NCBI GenBank assembly: GCA_964492715.1
Contig: CAZBLK010000003.1
Span: 13,205-77,204 of the forward strand
Source: an uncultured Defluviitaleaceae bacterium
GTDB lineage: Bacteria; Bacillota; Clostridia; Lachnospirales; WRBF01
DNA: 64,000 nucleotides
Direction: 5' to 3'
In this document: positions 58,319 through 64,000 of the stretch, in pieces
How the letters are laid out: every line of letters begins with the position of its first letter
How positions within the stretch are numbered: position 1 is the first letter of the stretch
Notes under the pieces: model-generated
Told to the model about the DNA's origin: nothing
The model's database searches: none
Seen by the model: the letters and a program-made list of their open reading frames with translations, nothing else
Program-made: the position numbers and the translations under genes

Positions 58319-58482
58319 TAGGGCATGTTCCCACTACCGTTCAACGCCCATCTTTTGGCCGATTTTCCGCCATACTTCGTTAAATTTTCTTGTAATACTT
58401 CTGTATTACTTCGAAAATTTGCCTCGTATGCCGAAAAATCAGCTCAAAATCTGGGCATTTCAGATAGTGGGAACACGCCCTA
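58319..58482. repeat. 164-bp long-hairpin (MITE-like) element, family 2, copy E2
   Basis: TAGGGCATGTTCCCACTA ... TAGTGGGAACACGCCCTA, with a perfect central stem GTAATAC-ttct-GTATTAC. Confidence 0.75.
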
Positions 58483-58520
58483 AAAGCGAGATGTTAACAT
58501 TCAATTAACACCTCGCTTTT
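58483..58520. terminator. Hairpin 3' of the histidine kinase gene
   Basis: AAAGCGAGATGTTAA ... TTAACACCTCGCTTTT, 15-bp arms with one mismatch. Confidence 0.5.
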
Positions 58521-58542
58521 ACAATTGCTTTGGAGAAGTTAG

Positions 58543-60033
58543 TTATATAGATAAAGCGTTTTCGTCATCATGCTTTACTGCAAACCAAAAAACACTCCCC
58601 TCACCCACTTTAGACTGTACACCATAATTTCCACCATGCTGTTTTATTACCTCACGTACAATAGAAAGCCCCAGCCCCGTGCCTGTAACCGCACGCTTGT
58701 GGTTTTTATCAAGCTTATAATATCTGTCCCATATATAAGGGAGGTTTTCCTTCTCAATCCCCTCACCTGTGTCAATTACTTCAATTTTAACAAACCCTTC
58801 GTGTATCGACTGTCTAACAACAACCTTTTTGTTTTCGCCTGTGTAGTTTATAGCATTTGTTAAAAGGTTGTAAAAGGCTTGCTCAAGTTTTGTTTCATCT
58901 GCTACAACGTAAGCGTCATTGTCATACTCAAAATCAATTTCATAGCCGCCGCTTTTTACAAGCTCGTTTAGCCTAAATATTGTAGCTTTAATAGAGTCTG
59001 TTAGGTTGTAGGCTGCCATATTTAAAGTTTGAACACCAGACTGAAGCTTTGAAATATCCAATACATCATTGACAAGGGTTGTAAGCCGTTTTGTTTCTTC
59101 AACGATAATTTGCGCGTTTTCTGGGTTGTTTTCGTTTGGTATGTCACGCATAATTTCTGCATAGCCAGAAATTAATGTAAGCGGTGTTCGCAAATCGTGC
59201 GAAATGTTTGCAATTAGCTCTCGCCGCAAATGCTCCACCTTTGAAAGCTCCTTTGCCGCAAAATTAAGCGTATCCGAAAGCTCATTTATTTCACGATACC
59301 CACTTCCTAAAAACTCTGTGCAATAATCGCCTTTTGCTAAATGCTTTGCTCCTTCATTTAAGTGTTCAATTGGACTTGAAACCCATTTTGCAATTACTAG
59401 CGCAACTAATGCAGAAAAAACAACCATAAATGCCGTAATCCAGTAAATTTGAATTCGTAGTGTTTTAACTGTTGCGTTTACAGGTGAAATTATTGAATTT
59501 ATAATAATAGCAACTGACTCGCCATTACTATTTGTCATAACCTTTGAATAAATAATGCTGTCAAGTGGGTTAAAATCTTTTGACGGCATCTTGGGTAGAA
59601 GTTTGTTATCTATTTTCTCAAGCCGAAAGCTTCCACCGTCAAAACGTTGCAAAAGCTCACCGCCGTTTTCTATAGTTCTGCTTAAAATCCATGCTTTTTC
59701 TAGGGAAGACATTCTATGAATTATGCAATCTTTTTTTGTATCAACCGAATAAATGACTCCGTTTTTAGTTACAATATCCAAGCAAACATCATATGCGTTT
59801 GATATATCAATTAAAAAGTCGGTTAAAACGTCACTTCCCAAGTTTTTTTCAACAGCAACAGCACTTGCTTTTATTTGTCTAATTTTAACAAACTTGTAAA
59901 ACTCATCTAAAAAAACACCTTGAAATAGCCACAAAATAACTATAAGGACAATGTTAAACCCAATTAGTACACTAAATATTTTCCATTTTATACTCATATT
60001 TCTTAATAATTTTAAAACCATGGCAAGCTTCAT
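58543..60033 (-). CDS. Sensor histidine kinase (2 TM, HAMP, HisKA, HATPase_c)
   Basis: H-box SHDLRTPL, N-box NLLTNAINYT, and the G1/G2 motifs DTGEGI and GTGLGLSIV. Confidence 0.9.
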   Translation of the reverse strand: MKLAMVLKLLRNMSIKWKIFSVLIGFNIVLIVILWLFQGVFLDEFYKFVKIRQIKASAVAVEKNLGSDVLTDFLIDISNAYDVCLDIVTKNGVIYSVDTKKDCIIHRMSSLEKAWILSRTIENGGELLQRFDGGSFRLEKIDNKLLPKMPSKDFNPLDSIIYSKVMTNSNGESVAIIINSIISPVNATVKTLRIQIYWITAFMVVFSALVALVIAKWVSSPIEHLNEGAKHLAKGDYCTEFLGSGYREINELSDTLNFAAKELSKVEHLRRELIANISHDLRTPLTLISGYAEIMRDIPNENNPENAQIIVEETKRLTTLVNDVLDISKLQSGVQTLNMAAYNLTDSIKATIFRLNELVKSGGYEIDFEYDNDAYVVADETKLEQAFYNLLTNAINYTGENKKVVVRQSIHEGFVKIEVIDTGEGIEKENLPYIWDRYYKLDKNHKRAVTGTGLGLSIVREVIKQHGGNYGVQSKVGEGSVFWFAVKHDDENALSI

Positions 60034-60035
60034 TT

Positions 60036-60707
60036 TTACCCCTCAAACCTGTAACCTACGCCCCTTAGCGTTGTTATAAACTTAGAATACTCCTTTAAGG
60101 ATTTTCTAATTAGCTTAATATGTGTATCAAGTGTTCTATCATCACCAAAAAAGTCGTAGCCCCAAACTTCTGTAAGAAGCTTTTCTCTTGTAAGCGCAAT
60201 GTTTCTGTTTCTTATCATATAAAACAAAAGTTCAAATTCTTTTGGAGACATAACTATGTTTTCGCCGTCTATGCTAATTTTTCTTGCAGTAAAGTCTGCC
60301 ACAAGCCCTTCCTTTTTAAATATATCGTGGTTTTCAGCTTCTCCTTTTTTTACTCGCTTCATTATGGCTTCTACACGCATTAAAAGCTCTTTTGGAGAAA
60401 ACGGCTTTACCACGTAGTCGTCTACTCCAAGTTCAAAACCATGAATTTTATCGTAGCTTTCAGAGCGTGCTGAGAGCATTAGCACAGGTGTATCATCTGT
60501 TTTTCTAATTTCTTTTACAGCAGAATAACCATCTAGCTCTGGCATCATTACGTCCATAATTATTATGTCAAATTTTTCTTTACGGCAAATTTGTATTGCT
60601 TCCATTCCGTTTGAAGCCTCTGTTATTTGGTTACCCTCAAACTCAGCATATTTTTTTATAAGTGTTCTTATTTTTTCTTCATCGTCTACTACTAATATTT
60701 TATACAT
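60036..60707 (-). CDS. OmpR/PhoB-family response regulator
   Basis: Receiver domain (DDEE...DIIIMDVMMP...K) plus a winged-helix C-terminus (LTREKLL...VWG...RTLDTHI..LR.K). Confidence 0.93.
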   Translation of the reverse strand: MYKILVVDDEEKIRTLIKKYAEFEGNQITEASNGMEAIQICRKEKFDIIIMDVMMPELDGYSAVKEIRKTDDTPVLMLSARSESYDKIHGFELGVDDYVVKPFSPKELLMRVEAIMKRVKKGEAENHDIFKKEGLVADFTARKISIDGENIVMSPKEFELLFYMIRNRNIALTREKLLTEVWGYDFFGDDRTLDTHIKLIRKSLKEYSKFITTLRGVGYRFEG

Positions 60708-60842
60708 AGAGTAACCCCTTTAATTGGTCTTGTGTTTTTAATATTATAACTTAAATATTTTAAGAAAAATAGTGCAATAGAAATCTTGCAAAACTAGTTT
60801 TTTTAAGTTTTGCAAGATGAATAACATTTCGAGGCATACATA

Positions 60843-60938
60843 CCGTAAATATAATCGACCATTGCCTATCTGTCAAAACTCCAAATGACTATGTGTTTAG
60901 CTTCCATCTGCCAATACCGTTAAAATCTAGAATTGCAA
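60843..60938. repeat. Degenerate copy D of palindromic repeat family 1
   Basis: Aligns along its length to copies A/B (ATCGACCATTGCCTATCTGTCAAAACTCCAAA...GTTTAGCTTCCATCTGCCAATACCGTTAAAATCTAGAATTGCAAT). The left terminus is eroded. Confidence 0.55.
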
Positions 60939-61052
60939 TAATATGTTGCATTATTGATAATATTAGTATATACATTTATTGTGATTAGTAAGTGAAAGCT
61001 GGTTGAAAGTTGTGAGATAGCTCTTTTGTTTGCATCAATTAATAAATAATAA

Positions 61053-61085
61053 AAAGGGCTTTAGCCTGTCAGCTAAAGCCTTTTA
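61053..61085 (-). terminator. Terminator of the CoA-transferase operon
   Basis: On the minus strand: AAAAGGCTTTAGC-tgacag-GCTAAAGCCCTTTTT. Confidence 0.55.
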
Positions 61086-61120
61086 TCTACAAACTGAAGC
61101 CCAAATCAAAAGGGCTTTTA

Positions 61121-61768
61121 TTAAAACGTTCCTACCTCACCTTTAATCAAAAGCTCTGCTTCTGTTAAACGGCGAACTTCGTCAACAGTTGTTGATGAAT
61201 GAATTTCCTTTAAAACCAAACCTTCATCAGTAACCTCTATTACAGCAAGCTCAGTTATAATCATGTTAACTTTATTTTTTGCAGTAAGCGGAAGCGTACA
61301 TTTTTTTAGTATTTTAGGGCTGTCACCTTTTGCGGTGTGTGTTGTTAAAACAATAACCTTTTTTGAACCTACTACCAAGTCCATTGCGCCACCCATTCCA
61401 GGAACCATCTTGTTTGGAATAATATGGCTTGCAAGTGAACCAGTTTCGTCAATTTCAAGCGCACCAAGCATTGTTTTGTCTACATGCCCCCCACGAATTA
61501 TAGAAAAAGACATAGCACTGTCAAAAAACACAGCACCAGGGCGAACAGTTACAAAAGCACCGCCAGCGTTTACAATATGTGGGTCTTTATTTGTTTCGTC
61601 AGCAGACTTGTCAAGCCCAAGCATTCCGTTTTCAGATTGTAAAATTATATTTACGCCTTCTGGAACGAAGTTTGCAACCATTGTTGGAAGCCCAATGCCA
61701 AGGTTTACAACGTCGTTGTCGCTAAGCTCTAGTGCTGCTCTGCGTGCAATAATTTCTTTAGCGTCCAT
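61121..61768 (-). CDS. atoA: 3-oxoacid/acetoacetate CoA-transferase subunit B
   Basis: 215 aa with the SENGMLG catalytic-Glu motif and GMGGAMDL. Confidence 0.88.
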   Translation of the reverse strand: MDAKEIIARRAALELSDNDVVNLGIGLPTMVANFVPEGVNIILQSENGMLGLDKSADETNKDPHIVNAGGAFVTVRPGAVFFDSAMSFSIIRGGHVDKTMLGALEIDETGSLASHIIPNKMVPGMGGAMDLVVGSKKVIVLTTHTAKGDSPKILKKCTLPLTAKNKVNMIITELAVIEVTDEGLVLKEIHSSTTVDEVRRLTEAELLIKGEVGTF

Positions 61769-61770
61769 TA

Positions 61771-62439
61771 TTATTGTTCACCCCCTAAAACAATGTAGTC
61801 AACTACAACACCAGGAATTGTAACAAGGTTAGGGTCAAGTTCCCCAACTTCAACAACTTTTTCGCCCCAAGCAATAACTGTATCACAAGCCATAGCCATA
61901 AGCGTGTTAAAGTTTCGTGTTGTGCCTTCACAATAAACGTTTCCTGCTTTGTCAATTATAGTTCCGTAAACAAGGGCAATGTCACCACGAAGAGGAAGCT
62001 CCAAAAGATATTCTTTTCCGTTAACAACAAGCTTTTGCTTACCGATTTCAACATCTGTACCAACACCAGTCTCGGTTAAAACTCCGCCAAGCCCTGCACC
62101 GCCTGCACGAACACGCTCTGCAAGCGTTCCTTGCGGAACAAGTACAACCTCAAGCTCGCCTGTTGCCATAAACTCACCTGTTTGCGAGTTAAGCCCAATA
62201 TGAGACGCAATAATCTTTTTTGCCTTTTTTGTTGCAATAAGCCTTGAAATGCCAACGCCAGGCTTTGCACTATCATTTCCGACAATTGTGTAGCCAGTAA
62301 TGCCAGACTCAATAAGTGCATCAACAAGCAGTTCTGGCGTTCCATTACCCATAAAACCGCCAACCATTATGCACATTTCGTCCTTAAAAAGCTTTAAGGC
62401 TTCTGAATAAGGAATAATTTTGCTACCCAATTTTAACAC
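61771..62439 (-). CDS. atoD: 3-oxoacid/acetoacetate CoA-transferase subunit A
   Basis: 222 aa with GGFMGNGTP and GTLAERVRAGGAGLGG motifs. Confidence 0.88.
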   Translation of the reverse strand: MLKLGSKIIPYSEALKLFKDEMCIMVGGFMGNGTPELLVDALIESGITGYTIVGNDSAKPGVGISRLIATKKAKKIIASHIGLNSQTGEFMATGELEVVLVPQGTLAERVRAGGAGLGGVLTETGVGTDVEIGKQKLVVNGKEYLLELPLRGDIALVYGTIIDKAGNVYCEGTTRNFNTLMAMACDTVIAWGEKVVEVGELDPNLVTIPGVVVDYIVLGGEQ

Positions 62440-62462
62440 CTCTTTAAATAATTTTTAGCTTT

Positions 62463-62558
62463 TATAGCAATTTGAGTTTTTATAGTCACCAATCCATTTT
62501 GAGGCAAAAATATCGAACGTTTCAACGATTTTTTGACGTAAAATGGTGAATTGTTTAT
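62463..62558. repeat. Possible highly diverged copy E of palindromic repeat family 1
   Basis: Starts with the exact TATAGCAATT terminus and ends with GGTGAATTGTTTAT. The interior is a different imperfect hairpin (CCATTTTGAGGCAAAAATATCG / CGATTTTTTGACGTAAAATGG). Confidence 0.4.
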
Positions 62559-63344
62559 TCAAATTGCGATACGTTTTACAAGTTCATTTACAAAATATGT
62601 AGCTACATCGTCAGCAAACTTTCCTGCCCCAAAGCCAGCATCGTATCCAAGCTCTTTAGCCAACTCCACTGTAATTCTAGGGCCGCCGCAAATGAGAATT
62701 ATTTTGCTGCGCAATCCTTCCGCTTCCAAAAGGTCTGCAAGCTCAGTTAAATTTTGAATATGAATGTCCTTTTGAGTAACAGTTTGCGAAACCAAAAGAA
62801 CGTCTGCATTAAGCTCTATTGCCTTTCTTACAAACTCTTCGTTTGTAACTTGGCTACCCAAATTGTGCGCTTCAATCATGTCGTACCGTTCAAGCCCGTA
62901 ATGCCCAGCAAAGCCCTTCATGTTCATAATTGCGTCAATGCCTACAGTGTGGGCATCAGTTCCTGTAGATGCGCCAATAACAACAACTTTTCTTCCTATA
63001 TGCTGACGTATAAAATCATCTGTTTCAGTAATTGACAAAGCTTCCTGTGCCGCTTCAGGAACAGCAAGCTCGTTGTAGTTAATTGAACATGTTGCTTCGC
63101 CATATACAACGTAAAACGAAAACTCCTTGTCAATAGGTGAATGGTGTGCAACCATTGCATTTGCAAGCCCCATACCTTTTGCAAGAGCAAGTGCAGCAGC
63201 AACACCACGCTCATCGTTAGGAACAGGAAGCGTAAAGCTAAGCTGAACTTTTGCGTCGTTCATTGTGTCGCCGTAAGGGCGCAAATTGTTTAGGTCAAGC
63301 GTTTTGCTTCTTTCATTGTTTCCATCGCCTTTTCCAGCACGCAT
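62559..63344 (-). CDS. kamE: D-lysine 5,6-aminomutase beta subunit (B12- and PLP-binding)
   Basis: PYGDTMND.KVQLSFTLPV N-terminus, the GASTGTDAHTVGIDAIMN (DxHxxG) B12 motif and SQTVTQK. It closely matches KamE as I remember it. Confidence 0.85.
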   Translation of the reverse strand: MRAGKGDGNNERSKTLDLNNLRPYGDTMNDAKVQLSFTLPVPNDERGVAAALALAKGMGLANAMVAHHSPIDKEFSFYVVYGEATCSINYNELAVPEAAQEALSITETDDFIRQHIGRKVVVIGASTGTDAHTVGIDAIMNMKGFAGHYGLERYDMIEAHNLGSQVTNEEFVRKAIELNADVLLVSQTVTQKDIHIQNLTELADLLEAEGLRSKIILICGGPRITVELAKELGYDAGFGAGKFADDVATYFVNELVKRIAI

Positions 63345-64000
63345 TAGTTTGCGCCCCCTTTCATTATATCAAAAAACGGATTAAAATACTTCATTGATTT
63401 TTCAAATACACCGTCAAGCCCTTTTCCGCCGTCACGAGGGCGCTTAATTCCAGCAAAAATGCCCTGTTCTAATGTTGAGAACAAGCCGACCTTCTCAATT
63501 TTTAACAAAAGCTCAAGAGCATCATTTAAAACTTCATTAGCACGTTGCATAATAATGCCGTCTTCTTTAAACTCAAGTTCGTCAGAAATGTCTGCCATTG
63601 TGTTAAAAACGTAGCTTGCATTTTCAATTGCAAGCTTTCTGTCGGCAATAAACGGTGTGTGAATTGCTTCTGTAAGCATACCAAGCAGGTGCAGCTTTTG
63701 ACCTGTCATTATTGTTATAGCGTTAAACAAAGCATTTTGAACAACACCTTTAAAAATGTCGCCTGTCATATATTTAGTAGGCGGCATATATTTAAGCGGC
63801 GCCTTTGGGAAAATTTCCCTTGCCATTTGTGCTTGTGCCAATTCGTATAAGAAGCCGTTTTTAACTTCTGGAGAAATTTCAAAAGCATGACCTAAGCCCA
63901 TTTGTTCTTCTGGAAGCCCAGCAAGAAGTGCAAACTGCTCATTCAAAAACTGTGAAGCTAAAACAGTATGTGCTTCTGTTACGGCATCAGCAGTTGTAAG
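63344..64000 (-). CDS. kamD: D-lysine 5,6-aminomutase alpha subunit, C-terminal part (gene continues beyond the window end)
   Basis: The ORF is open to the window edge, it shares a 1-nt overlap with the kamE start (ATGA arrangement), and the kamD-kamE order is canonical. Confidence 0.75.
   Translation of the reverse strand, partial: LTTADAVTEAHTVLASQFLNEQFALLAGLPEEQMGLGHAFEISPEVKNGFLYELAQAQMAREIFPKAPLKYMPPTKYMTGDIFKGVVQNALFNAITIMTGQKLHLLGMLTEAIHTPFIADRKLAIENASYVFNTMADISDELEFKEDGIIMQRANEVLNDALELLLKIEKVGLFSTLEQGIFAGIKRPRDGGKGLDGVFEKSMKYFNPFFDIMKGGAN

Noticed and set aside
1-64000. Searched by eye for CRISPR arrays, tRNA/rRNA genes, integrases/transposases, toxin-antitoxin pairs, restriction-modification or other defence islands, and prophage blocks.
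   Set aside because: None were found. All large ORFs have housekeeping assignments and the intergenic regions are short. Small (<60 aa) ORFs were not systematically evaluated, and this is a limit of the analysis.

Overview
Visibly AT-rich, gene-dense chromosomal segment of a low-GC Firmicute. Gene content and synteny look like a Clostridia-class amino-acid fermenter (inference). About 65 protein genes are supported, and nearly all are core housekeeping genes in familiar synteny blocks. In order, the blocks are: fabD'-fabK-acpP-fabH-marR; a ferredoxin/AOR-family tungsto- or molybdopterin oxidoreductase module with a ThiS/MoaD-like gene; three consecutive Rrf2 regulators followed by iscS-iscU-mnmA; ftsQ-ftsZ-dac; ynbB-miaA-mutL-mutS-ymcA-miaB; lon-engB; dusB; the ylm cluster (ylmH-yggT-sepF-yggS); ylbJ/coaD/rsmD/recG/yloV/asp23; rnhB-ylqH-like-yraN; DUF512-der-(plsY remnant)-gpsA; an M42 peptidase; a LysM-anchored nucleotidase; a solitary flagellin gene; S4-domain protein/HU; pncB; a two-component system; and the start of a lysine-fermentation cluster (kamD-kamE-CoA transferase A/B). 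I saw no tRNA, rRNA, CRISPR array, integrase/transposase ORF, prophage or recognisable defence island, and no convincing novel multi-gene protein system. The unusual content is structural or non-coding. (1) A perfect 642-bp tandem duplication creates a second FlhB-C-like gene and a chimeric yraN. (2) A roughly 100-bp palindromic MITE-like repeat family has at least 3 clear and 2 degenerate copies; one copy supplies the last 16 codons and the stop of the engB ORF. (3) Two 164-bp long-hairpin elements of a second family sit in opposite orientation around a pncB module; their arms differ from each other but stay self-complementary. (4) Only the last roughly 40-50 codons of plsY remain between der and gpsA. 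(5) There is a tandem trio of Rrf2 paralogues with differing Cys patterns. All calls come from reading the sequence and the ORF translations; no database search was run.
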